64,000 bases of DNA from a virus: IMG/VR virus record IMGVR_UViG_3300035126_000631, positions 1 through 64,000 of that record; one strand, given 5' to 3'. Positions 55,229-63,760 of the stretch are shown here, in pieces (the first letter of the stretch is position 1; the number at the start of each line of letters is the position of its first letter). The notes beneath the pieces are model-generated. The model did no database searches, was not told where the DNA came from, and saw only the letters and a program-made list of their open reading frames with translations. A program made the translations under genes and the position numbers.

Positions 55229-55725
55229 TAGTCCTTTGTCCATATCATCCCTTTCATATTGGTTCGGGTGTCTTTCTTGATTTTGATTTTGAGCAGTTCG
55301 GCCGAGGCTTGGGCCAGACTCCTGGGGTAGCCTAGATAGGCCGCGAGGTCGGCTGTATCGAAGACGAAGCGAGGCTTCACTGGAGGCACCGTGCCGGACT
55401 CGACGAGCGCGTCGAAGAGCGTCAGGTCGAAGGCAGCGTTGTGCATGATCCAGTTGAGCCCGTCGCACTCGTCCCACGGCGCGTCGAAGGGTGATCCGAC
55501 ATAGGCATCCCCGTCGTCGAAATACATGCTTACCATGTAAATGTCGGTAGCGCGGGCGTAGTGCCATGCCCCCATCGTGGTGACTGAGGTGTCGGTGTCG
55601 TAGTAGCTCTCGAAGTCGATTGCTACGGAAGAGCACTGGGAGACTGCGTTTTTCGCGCAAACCCCGCCCCCCAGCGGAGTTGTTTGTGTTTTAATTGTGC
55701 AGTCCCCCAGTAAAGTCGTTGTCAT
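55228..55725 (-). CDS. DNA polymerase A N-terminal 3'-5' exonuclease fragment (ExoI and ExoII only)
   Basis: AIDFESYY, HNAAFD, FDTADLAAY.G.PRSL. Confidence 0.85.
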   Translation of the reverse strand: MTTTLLGDCTIKTQTTPLGGGVCAKNAVSQCSSVAIDFESYYDTDTSVTTMGAWHYARATDIYMVSMYFDDGDAYVGSPFDAPWDECDGLNWIMHNAAFDLTLFDALVESGTVPPVKPRFVFDTADLAAYLGYPRSLAQASAELLKIKIKKDTRTNMKGMIWTKD

Positions 55726-56962
55726 AGTTCGTAGCATGGTCGCGTGGGGTCGAACGCTGCCGGCGGTGGAAGCTGTGAGCGTAGCCACTCGATCTCGGTG
55801 AGAAGGTCTCCAGCAAAGAGGCAAAGGTCATCGACCAGTTCCTCTTGGGCGGCGATTTCGTCAATCAACTGCCCAAGCGTTGTGAAAGAATCACGCGGCC
55901 CGAAGTTGATGCGCCCGATGGTGTATTCTGCGTTCATAGTATTTTTGCCGTTGCTGCTTTGTGAATTTTCGCTTTTTGGATTTCGGAGTTGTCCGGTGCC
56001 AGTTTCCGCAATACAGGCAGAGATAGATGTCTTGCCCGGGAAACCGTGCCTGCTCCTCGGTCAGGTAGGCGCGTTTTGTCATGCAGCCGGATATAAAATC
56101 GGTCTTCACAACTCATTCCTCCTCCTCCTCTTCCGCCTTGCGATCCGCTTCACGTTCTTCTTCGCAGTCACACTCTCCGTAGAAGCCTTCGCAATACTCG
56201 CAGTATTGTTCCATTGGGTCGTTGCGTCTGGCCCAGTAGTGAGCTTCTTCAGCGTCCATGCCTTGCGCTTCGTCGCGGTCCTGATCTGGGTCACTCGGCA
56301 TTTTGATCCTCCCGTAGCTTATAGCCCATCGCCCATGCGAAGATGGCTCCGTAGGTTGCGAGTCCGCCGAGCATAATGCCGACGGCGAGACCGATGAGAA
56401 ACCAGCCGGCGCTCATGCTGTCCTCCAGAAACGAAGGCGATCAACGCCCTCTCCGTCAGTGACGAGTCTAGTCGCGAACTTCTTACCGGAGCGACGGCCA
56501 GTGCTTGAGGCAATGGACCGCAGCCCATTGAAGCCTTCACAAGTCGAAGCCGGATAGACGAACGAGTCGCCGACGTTGAGCTTGGATAAAAGCCACGACA
56601 GCGGGTGTTGATACCGCGACTGTTCACCGGGCTTCTTGTCCGCGAGTGGAACGTCCTCATCGATGACGATTTGGTAAGTCCTCACTTTGCGTCCCCTCCT
56701 TTAGCAGCGAGCCATGCGCCGAACCCGAGAAGTCCTAGCCACGAGAAGAATAGTCCGATGGCCGCGGTCATTTGATCCCCCCGACAAATTCACGCTGGCG
56801 CTCGGTCAGCAGATTTTCCTTCCACTCCTGTAACTCCCATTGCGCGAGTTCTTCCGACATCTGGTGGCGCTTATGAACCTCCAGATAGGCGGAGCCAAAC
56901 CCGACAACCACGGCGGTGGTGACAGCCATCGCCATGACGGAACAGAATCGACGTGCGGTCAT
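55722..56962 (-). other. run of small hypothetical CDSs in the replication operon
   Basis: 55722..55937, 55891..56109 (YLCLYCGNWH), 56113..56301 (CxxC), 56413..56685 (DNA-binding-like, LNVGDSF) and a TM-containing ORF ending at 56768. Confidence 0.55.
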
Positions 56963-57315
56963 TTCCACTCCTTCCGGTGGCAGAGGAGGCCGATGATCCC
57001 GTAATTCGCGATATCCAACCAAGTGTCGGAAACCTTCTCGTGCTCTGGCGACTTGTCCTTCCAGACGAGCGTCTTGAGGCGCTCGACCTTATCATTCATC
57101 CGGACGATGATTCCCTTCTCGCCGAAGGCGGAGATGTTCGCGCTGCCGTAGTCGCGCTGTTTGGAGTCGAGGAGAACAGCAGATTCGCAAAAGGCACGGA
57201 ACGCTTTACGTCCCATGTCGGTTTTGATGCCGAGAGCTTCGGCGGTTTTGTCCATCAATCCTTCGGCATCGAGTTCGAAGGCTTTCGGGTCGTAGGTAAT
57301 AGTTTCAGTAGTCAT
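56959..57315 (-). CDS. nucleotide-modification-associated (DUF1599/MazG-like all-alpha) protein
   Basis: KQRDYG, RMNDKVERL, DTWLDIANYGII. Confidence 0.75.
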   Translation of the reverse strand: MTTETITYDPKAFELDAEGLMDKTAEALGIKTDMGRKAFRAFCESAVLLDSKQRDYGSANISAFGEKGIIVRMNDKVERLKTLVWKDKSPEHEKVSDTWLDIANYGIIGLLCHRKEWK

Positions 57316-57601
57316 AAAAATTATTTTGAAGAAGTCCCCGGAGAGGGAGAACACAGGGACGCCAACCAAAGCGCCCCAACAAGACCCTCTCCGGGGAAAT
57401 TCATTTAGCGTTTGCTTCGTTGCCAGACTTCGACGGAGTAGCAATCTCCGCTGAAGGCCACGTCTTTGTTGTTACGCCTCGCGTCAGACACGACACGCAA
57501 CAGCCAATCCTCTTGCTTGGGTGAGTAGTGACCCGCCAAGCTGACATACCCGTCGTCTTTCAACTGCTTCGGGGTATGGAAGCGGAGATTCTGGTAGCCC
57601 A

Positions 57602-58345
57602 TTAGATGAGGCTTTTGATTTCCGCCTGAACTGCCTCCGGCACTTCGCCGGCCGTCTTGAGGGACGGCACCCACCAGGAGCCCTTGTCTCCGGTCTTGGT
57701 CTTCGCCCCGAGCAGATAGAACCCGCCCATGAGGCCGGTCTTGTTCAAATGCCCGACGCGGTAATCCGAGTAGAGGATCTGAGCCGTCTCCGCGTAAGCG
57801 GTGGAGGACGCCGTGTAGAGGACGCGAGCGTATTCCTTGTCTCCGAGCAAGTAGAAGAACTCGGAGGACGCTTCCTCACTGAGCTTCTCGGGTTTCTCGA
57901 TCAGGAACTCGATGTGCCCGACTTTGGCAAAGATGCCTTCACCGCGGCCGTAGGCGACACGACCGCCGTTCATACGAACTTGCTCGGCCGTCGCGAAGAC
58001 GCGAGGACGGACGTTCGGGTCGTAGGGGAGGGACTCTTGGTATTCCACCTTAAGTCGGACCGCGATGACCTTGAGCGAGCCAGCTTCACCTTTCACGACA
58101 TCGGTAAGCTGGTGCTCTTTCTTGAGAACCCACGCTCCGGGCGTGAAGAGGTTGGAGAGATCGCCAACTTTGTTGACGAGATTCAGGCGCGGCAACTTGA
58201 TGTCGTCACTGCCGAACTCGCCAAAGATTCCTTTTTCCGGCGCTTCGCCGATGATGGCGACCTGTGTTTCGGGACGAACCGCGATGGCGCTGCTCTCCTC
58301 GATGACTGTAGCCTCAACGGCCTCTTCGAATGATACTTTTCCCAT
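57602..58345 (-). CDS. probable ssDNA-binding/recombination protein
   Basis: DDIKLPRLNLV...GSWWVP; lies between the nuclease and polymerase genes. Confidence 0.55.
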   Translation of the reverse strand: MGKVSFEEAVEATVIEESSAIAVRPETQVAIIGEAPEKGIFGEFGSDDIKLPRLNLVNKVGDLSNLFTPGAWVLKKEHQLTDVVKGEAGSLKVIAVRLKVEYQESLPYDPNVRPRVFATAEQVRMNGGRVAYGRGEGIFAKVGHIEFLIEKPEKLSEEASSEFFYLLGDKEYARVLYTASSTAYAETAQILYSDYRVGHLNKTGLMGGFYLLGAKTKTGDKGSWWVPSLKTAGEVPEAVQAEIKSLI

Positions 58346-58362
58346 ATATAGTGATGGAGTTA

Positions 58363-60777
58363 TTATTTCTGTTTCTTGAGGTAGTGATACGCTCCCTCTG
58401 AGCGGGCCGCATCGGCGTCAACCAATGCGTCACGAAGGTTGTCTTTGGCCCGTTTCATCTCACCGCGGGGTGCGGTGCGGGCGATGGCTTTCTCTAGCGC
58501 ACCGATGGAGACTTCGGCGCAGGCGGCGAATGCCTCGGGGCTGATCCGGTCGCGGACCACGTCCCACGCTTTCTGGGCGTCGGTGACCTTGAAGGGGAGG
58601 GCACGTTCGGCCAGTTCGTAGCCTGGGATCTCGATACCCTCTTCGAGTCGCATTTGAAGGGCACGTTGATCGACCTTCTCAGCCCACGACTTCATAATCG
58701 GCGCGGCCCGTTTGGCGAGCGCAATAACGTGCGGGTCGGCGATGTTCGCCGGATCGTATTGCGCCGGCAGTGCGAGTTCGTCGGCCTTGTATTGGGTGGC
58801 GATCGTCAGTGCGAGTGACGACAACTTCGGGCAACTCGCCTGTTTCGCGCACCAAGCGCAATGCGATCCGGTTAAATAGGTCGCGGGGTCATCCCGCCTA
58901 GCAGCAGCTATAATGGCGGTGATTTGCGCGGAGAGACGCTCATAGTCTTTTTCCCGAGACCACGTCTCCTTGTCGATGACCCCGCGAAAGGGCAAAAGCA
59001 CATGCACAGTTATTTCACTGACCTCCGGATGAGCGTCCCAGAGGCCGACGGCATACGCCCAGAATTGCGGTGAATCGGCGACGTATTCACCGAAGGCAAA
59101 TTTGTAATCAATCAACTCGGCTTTGTCGCCGTGTAGGATGATGTGGTCGACATGACCGAACTGGTCCTGCATGTAATATTTTTGCTCCCGAAGCTCCTTG
59201 TGCGGGCCGACTTGTTTGCGGAGCGATGCTAAGTATTTGAGGCACTGGTCGGCCGCTTCCCGCAGCTTCGGGTCATCTGGCGGGATGACATCGAGATTTT
59301 CTTTCTCCACCGCGAGGTGCCCGAGAGTTCCGCGGTTCGCTGCGCTCTTGTCGCGGGTCTGGTCGTTGCGAAAACCGGGGCACTTGGCCTTCTCTTTGAG
59401 GCTCGAAGGGGAGTGCTCGCTGTGCTCTTTTTCTTCGGGTTGTGGAGTTATTTCAGCGGGCATGGAAGTAGAGACATCACCCCATTTACTTTCGTTCAAA
59501 TTATTTTCTCCGCGGTTTAAGATCGCCACATTTTCACGTTTTTCGGCGGTCAATTTCAACGCAGCTTGCTCAACGGTGCCGCCAGCAAAGAGTCGGATGG
59601 CCAGCGCACGGGACTTGGCACCGACCCTGCAAATACGACCCACCGCCTGTTCCTCGACGGTTCCGGAAAACTGCGGACATAGCAGAGCAACTCGCGGGTA
59701 ACGTCCGTCCAGATCGTGAAGGTCGATGGACTGTCCACCGGCTGCGATCTGCACGATGACGGCCCGGAGGTCGTTCCTTTGAAAGGAATCTTGGGTCTTT
59801 TTTCTCTCAGTTTGGGGGACGCGGCCGTCGATGACTTCTGCCTCGGGGAACTGCTTTTTCGCTGTGTCGATGCTTTCATGGAAATTCAAAAAGAGGACGA
59901 CCGAGCCACCGGACTCGACGATCTCCTTCGCCCGTTCGACGATGTAGGGCACTTTGACCAGTTCGATCGCCTGACGTTGCCGCAGGTTTTTGACCCCACC
60001 AGGATCATCCGGATCGGCCATCTCGTCATAGAGTTCCTTGATCGTCGCCTTGTCCTTCGGACTCAACCACAGCGGGTCATCCTCGGTCATCAGTTCCGGC
60101 AACTGCTCCCTGAGTGTTTCCTCGGAAACGCGGTATCCTCTGTTCGCGAATACCGAATGGTGCAGCCGTTCCATTGCGACCTTGTTGGCCGGTAGTTTGG
60201 GATTCCATTCGATGCCACCCCAGCGTGATTCTTCGGCCCCCATCTCACGGACCCACTTCCAAAAGTAGCCGGAGGTGAAGAGCCGGAGATTCACCCCGAT
60301 CGCCTTCATCCGGAGGGGATTTTCTGCCGCCGTGGCCGAAAGCATGAGGACATAGTTCCCCGCCGCGGCCTCCAGCATCTTCCCGTTCTGCGAGTTGTAG
60401 GCTCCGAACATGTGAACCTCATCGAATATGAAGAGACACCGAGCGGGAACCTGCCACTCGTAGGCAAACTTCTTTCCTCCTTTGGAGACCTTTTTGAGCC
60501 AGGGCGTGTTCCCGTTCCGTAACTTTTCTGGGTTCAGGACGAAGAGCGGATCGACCCCGAAGCTGGACAGGGTATCTGTCCATTTCGAGAGGACCGACTT
60601 TGGGGCGATCACCCCAATGGGCAAAGCGAACCGAGCCGCTACACTACTGGCAATGACTGTCTTTCCTCCCCCGCACCCTGTCCCGTCGAGTGACGATCCG
60701 ACAGAGTCGAGGATTTTGAGGTGGCGGTCGACTGCTTCCTTCTGGTAGGGAAAAAGGTTGAACGTCTTGGTGGGCAT
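58363..60777 (-). CDS. SF2 helicase fused to a PD-(D/E)xK Cas4/DUF2800-like nuclease
   Basis: GGGKT, DEVH, SAT, QAVGRICR; then HSPSSL..CPG, GTLGH, GHVD, IDYK, HCAWC...CP. Confidence 0.85.
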   Translation of the reverse strand: MPTKTFNLFPYQKEAVDRHLKILDSVGSSLDGTGCGGGKTVIASSVAARFALPIGVIAPKSVLSKWTDTLSSFGVDPLFVLNPEKLRNGNTPWLKKVSKGGKKFAYEWQVPARCLFIFDEVHMFGAYNSQNGKMLEAAAGNYVLMLSATAAENPLRMKAIGVNLRLFTSGYFWKWVREMGAEESRWGGIEWNPKLPANKVAMERLHHSVFANRGYRVSEETLREQLPELMTEDDPLWLSPKDKATIKELYDEMADPDDPGGVKNLRQRQAIELVKVPYIVERAKEIVESGGSVVLFLNFHESIDTAKKQFPEAEVIDGRVPQTERKKTQDSFQRNDLRAVIVQIAAGGQSIDLHDLDGRYPRVALLCPQFSGTVEEQAVGRICRVGAKSRALAIRLFAGGTVEQAALKLTAEKRENVAILNRGENNLNESKWGDVSTSMPAEITPQPEEKEHSEHSPSSLKEKAKCPGFRNDQTRDKSAANRGTLGHLAVEKENLDVIPPDDPKLREAADQCLKYLASLRKQVGPHKELREQKYYMQDQFGHVDHIILHGDKAELIDYKFAFGEYVADSPQFWAYAVGLWDAHPEVSEITVHVLLPFRGVIDKETWSREKDYERLSAQITAIIAAARRDDPATYLTGSHCAWCAKQASCPKLSSLALTIATQYKADELALPAQYDPANIADPHVIALAKRAAPIMKSWAEKVDQRALQMRLEEGIEIPGYELAERALPFKVTDAQKAWDVVRDRISPEAFAACAEVSIGALEKAIARTAPRGEMKRAKDNLRDALVDADAARSEGAYHYLKKQK

Positions 60778-60790
60778 AACGTCTAAAAAT

Positions 60791-61036
60791 ATGATGAAAA
60801 TTATTAACTCAGTAGTCGTAGCAAGTTTGTTAGCTGGAAGTGCATGGGCCGGAGAGGTTTCCTATATCGTCGACCCGAGCGGGAATAACCAAATCGTCTG
60901 GGTCCAGAGGCAGGGCAATATCCTGTATGTCACAGAGTCGGATGACATGAAGCTGGAGCGCATGTCTCGTCGCATGTCGGAACGCCGTCGCATGTCGTCG
61001 GAGAGTTTGCTTGGCGATCTTCTGGACATTCGCTAA
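60791..61036 (+). CDS. small secreted protein, antisense to the operon (moron-like)
   Basis: Signal peptide MKIINSVVVASLLAGSAWA; AT-richer 5' end. Confidence 0.6.
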   Translation: MMKIINSVVVASLLAGSAWAGEVSYIVDPSGNNQIVWVQRQGNILYVTESDDMKLERMSRRMSERRRMSSESLLGDLLDIR

Positions 61037-61358
61037 CCACGCGGTCGGACTCCTTTACGAGTTCCAACCAATCAGCGGCGAGCATCGTGACTAACCACGG
61101 CTCGCCGTTTTTCTTGTGCGCGACGACCGGCGTCTTCGTGCCGCTATCGGCAATCGCCTGCTTCATCGCGTTGAGCACGTTGAGATTCTGCACCCCTTTC
61201 ACTTCGAAGTGCATTGAAGGCAATTCAGGACAAACCACATCGGCATTGCCTGCGGCACCGCAATACTGCTGACCGCGGAAAGCCTTGAGGAATCCGGCCT
61301 CGCGGAGTTGATCCCGCCAGAGCCGCTCGACCCGTTTGCCTTTCTGCCGCGAGTTCAC
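60930..61358 (-). CDS. Holliday-junction-resolvase-like PD-(D/E)xK nuclease
   Basis: NSRQKGKR.ER, ADV, HFEVK, A.KQA, P.V.HKKN..PW; GTGA overlap with the upstream gene. Confidence 0.8.
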   Translation of the reverse strand: MNSRQKGKRVERLWRDQLREAGFLKAFRGQQYCGAAGNADVVCPELPSMHFEVKGVQNLNVLNAMKQAIADSGTKTPVVAHKKNGEPWLVTMLAADWLELVKESDRVVSECPEDRQANSPTTCDGVPTCDETCAPASCHPTL

Positions 61359-61645
61359 GGCAACGCGCTCCCCAGTCGGCCTTGCGCCCACAGCACGAGA
61401 TCATCGTCGTTGTAGACGATCTTCTTGTCCCCGAGCCGGACGAAGGGGAGACCCTGTTTTCGCCAGTAGTTCAACGAAGCGTAAGTGAAAGGTTTACCTA
61501 AAAGTTCACTCAGCCGGGCGACAGCCTCGCCGGCACTATAGACCGCTTTGCGCGGTTGCGCGGGCTCGGCTATTTCTAGTCGGACCCGACCTTCTCCTAT
61601 CGGTGTCGCCCTGAATGAGGCGCACTCGATCGTCATGGTGGTCAT
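61355..61645 (-). CDS. excisionase/MerR-like HTH DNA-binding protein
   Basis: SLNYWRKQGLPFVRLG.KKIVY...DL..W. Confidence 0.7.
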   Translation of the reverse strand: MTTMTIECASFRATPIGEGRVRLEIAEPAQPRKAVYSAGEAVARLSELLGKPFTYASLNYWRKQGLPFVRLGDKKIVYNDDDLVLWAQGRLGSALP

Positions 61646-61658
61646 GTGGAGTTATTAT

Positions 61659-61835
61659 CTAGAGCCCGAAGAAGTTACGCAAAGCCTTACGTATGACCGC
61701 GCTCATTGAGCGCCCCGAACTCTCTGACTCCTTTTTCAGGCGGTCTTCAAGCTCGGGGTCGCTGGCGAATGAGCGGATCAGCTTCGGGTTGCGAAGATTA
61801 CTCAGCTTCTCCGTCAAGGGTGCCTCTGAATTCAT
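61659..61835 (-). CDS. ribbon-helix-helix protein
   Basis: IRSF.SDPELEDRLKKES..SGRSMSAVIRKAL. Confidence 0.7.
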   Translation of the reverse strand: MNSEAPLTEKLSNLRNPKLIRSFASDPELEDRLKKESESSGRSMSAVIRKALRNFFGL

Positions 61836-61971
61836 TGGGTTCTCTACGATACAACGCGAGACCGTCTTCGACAAACAGAGCCGCTAACTTCTCTGGGGGG
61901 AGAGAGCAACGGTGGGCAGCTTCGATTAGTTCTTGGCTGTGGGTATTATTTAAGGCTATCTGCATGGGCAT
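61798..61971 (-). CDS. possible RHH-like protein (57 aa, not in the ORF track)
   Basis: MPMQIALNNTHSQELIEAAHRCSLPPEKLAALFVEDGL; AGAGG RBS. Confidence 0.45.
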   Translation of the reverse strand: MPMQIALNNTHSQELIEAAHRCSLPPEKLAALFVEDGLALYRREPNEFRGTLDGEAE

Positions 61972-62024
61972 ATCTGTATTCCTCTCTTATGTGTGTGTGG
62001 TTGTGGTTTTATGCTGGCGTAGTG

Positions 62025-62060
62025 AAAAAGAAGCTGCGGGGAGTGGGGCGTCCCCGCAGC
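62025..62060 (-). terminator. intrinsic terminator after the RHH gene
   Basis: GCTGCGGGGA/TCCCCGCAGC stem followed by TTCTTTTT on the minus strand. Confidence 0.7.
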
Positions 62061-62066
62061 GGTGAT

Positions 62067-62363
62067 TTACTTCTTCCTGAGTTTCCCCAGGACTTTGGCG
62101 AGAGCGCGTTGAGTGTCATCATCGACGACATCTTGCATTCTTTCGTTTTTATCATCTGGTAGGTTGTTGGCAAGCGTTTGCGCGATTTTACGCAAGTCGC
62201 CGTCCGTATCGTGCTTTGCCAGGTATTCAGCGGTCGCTTCGCGGACGAGGGCGGACAGGTTAGTGTCTTTTGCCGCGGCCATAATATCGAGCGCCTTGTA
62301 GGTGGCGTTCTCTTCGATGTATGACACTCTCCGCATTCCTGGTTTTGGTTTTCCTTGGCTCAT
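62067..62363 (-). CDS. ribbon-helix-helix regulator (candidate repressor)
   Basis: RRVSY.E...YKALDIMAAAKDTNLSALVREA; AGAAAGGA RBS; own terminator. Confidence 0.7.
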   Translation of the reverse strand: MSQGKPKPGMRRVSYIEENATYKALDIMAAAKDTNLSALVREATAEYLAKHDTDGDLRKIAQTLANNLPDDKNERMQDVVDDDTQRALAKVLGKLRKK

Positions 62364-62405
62364 TGTGTTGGTTTCCTTTCTGTGTTCTCTAACGAAAGCG
62401 ATAGT

Positions 62406-63620
62406 CTACCAAGATATTAAATGCGTCAATCCTTGTTTCTCCGCATATGCACGCACTGATATCGGTGAGATATTAAACCACTCTTCGGCGGCACGTTTAC
62501 TCACCAAGGCTACGTAGTGTTTTGATAACATCTTGATCGAGGTTCCTCCGTGGTAGGCGGTGTTGTGTGGATTTTGGAAAGCTGCAAGGTGGTAGCTCAA
62601 GAACGAGTGTCGGAGGATATTGTCCTCCCATCCGGCTAGACCGACTTGCTTGAGCTTGGCTACGTCACGGGAGATATTTCCGACTTTGCGCTCGGTCATT
62701 ATTGGGCCGTAATCCGGAAAGGTCGCTAGGTTGAGCCATTCGAAGAGACAATCAGGGGTGAAGATGTGCCGCGGCAGAGTCTTTTTGGCGATCACCCGGT
62801 CAACGTGCGCGGTCTTCTCCTCAAAGTTGAAGTGCGCTTTGGTCATCTGAGTGCATTCGTTGCGTCTTGCCCCGCCGAACGCCATTGTCGCGACATAGGC
62901 CAATTCCTTGGGTTTCACTACGATGAGGAACCTCATCAACTGCTCCGGCGTGAATACAGGGTAGTTACCTTCCGGTATCGCCATGAGCGTGACTTGGTCG
63001 GCGATCGTCTGGTGGTCGTCTGCGAGGTAGCGCCGTTTTTTGGCGAAGTTCTCGATCGTCCGGTAAAAGCTCAGAAACTTGTGTTGCGTGTAGGGCGCGA
63101 AATGAGATTCCCGCAGCCGACGCTCTAGGCTTTGTGGAGTGATCTGCTGCATCGTCTCTTTCGGGAACCACGACTTCAAGGTTCTCACTTGGGAATTGAC
63201 CGTCTGCTCGTGGTCTTTCGAGAGCTTCTTTATCTTGATGTCGGCGACCAACTCATCGCAGATCACGCCAAAGTTCTTCCCCTTCGAACTCAAAACGTGG
63301 AACTTCCGGAAGAACTCACACGCCTTGTGGAGTTGATGGGGGGCCACGCTTTTCTCGCACTCCAGTAGGTAGACCAGACGGGCTGCATCGACCTTGGTGT
63401 GTTCTCCCTCGGCGCGGGAGAGATGTCGGACCTTCTGCTTCGCTAGGTCGATCGCCTCGTTCTTGTCGGCGCGTGTGACCCGGAAGCGTTTGTCTCCGAC
63501 ATACCAAGTGAGGCGGTAGGCTGGGTAGCGCCCGGTGGATATTGCGTTTATCTTAACGACTGAATCTCCCAGCCGAACTTCTGTGCCTTTTTTCGATTCG
63601 AGAACCTTCAAATTGTCCAT
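62406..63620 (-). CDS. int: tyrosine recombinase/integrase
   Basis: GGARRNE (R), AKK (K), NILRHSFLSYH, KHY (Y). Confidence 0.85.
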   Translation of the reverse strand: MDNLKVLESKKGTEVRLGDSVVKINAISTGRYPAYRLTWYVGDKRFRVTRADKNEAIDLAKQKVRHLSRAEGEHTKVDAARLVYLLECEKSVAPHQLHKACEFFRKFHVLSSKGKNFGVICDELVADIKIKKLSKDHEQTVNSQVRTLKSWFPKETMQQITPQSLERRLRESHFAPYTQHKFLSFYRTIENFAKKRRYLADDHQTIADQVTLMAIPEGNYPVFTPEQLMRFLIVVKPKELAYVATMAFGGARRNECTQMTKAHFNFEEKTAHVDRVIAKKTLPRHIFTPDCLFEWLNLATFPDYGPIMTERKVGNISRDVAKLKQVGLAGWEDNILRHSFLSYHLAAFQNPHNTAYHGGTSIKMLSKHYVALVSKRAAEEWFNISPISVRAYAEKQGLTHLISW

Positions 63621-63739
63621 GTGGATTATGACCAGAATTGGGTCGAATCGTTCAAAATTCGACATAACCGCATATAAAAATAAACAAAAGATCCTTCGTA
63701 AACCGCTGTCCTACAGAGAAATGGACAATTTGAAAATAT

Positions 63740-63760
63740 GCAGCGCGCACGGGATTCGAA
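63740..63760 (-). other. candidate att core matching a tRNA 3' end
   Basis: The minus strand reads TTCGAATCCCGTGCGCGCTGC (T-loop plus 3' acceptor strand), 120 bp from the integrase start, with no 5' tRNA half upstream. Confidence 0.65.

Larger units (their letters stand above)
2622..61657. repeat. dispersed motif TAATAACTCCAC and variants, about 20 copies, always on the coding strand
   Basis: Exact copies at 3473(+), 36880, 37432, 47075, 47618, 47729, 53423 and 61646(-). Variants at 2622, 5431, 10228, 17524(+) and 36027, 38458, 40353, 42210, 47204, 58354, 59442(-). Confidence 0.9.

Noticed and set aside
58363-59440. Cas4-like domain as evidence of a CRISPR-Cas system
   Set aside because: No cas1/cas2 or array is present, and this nuclease type is common in phage replication modules.
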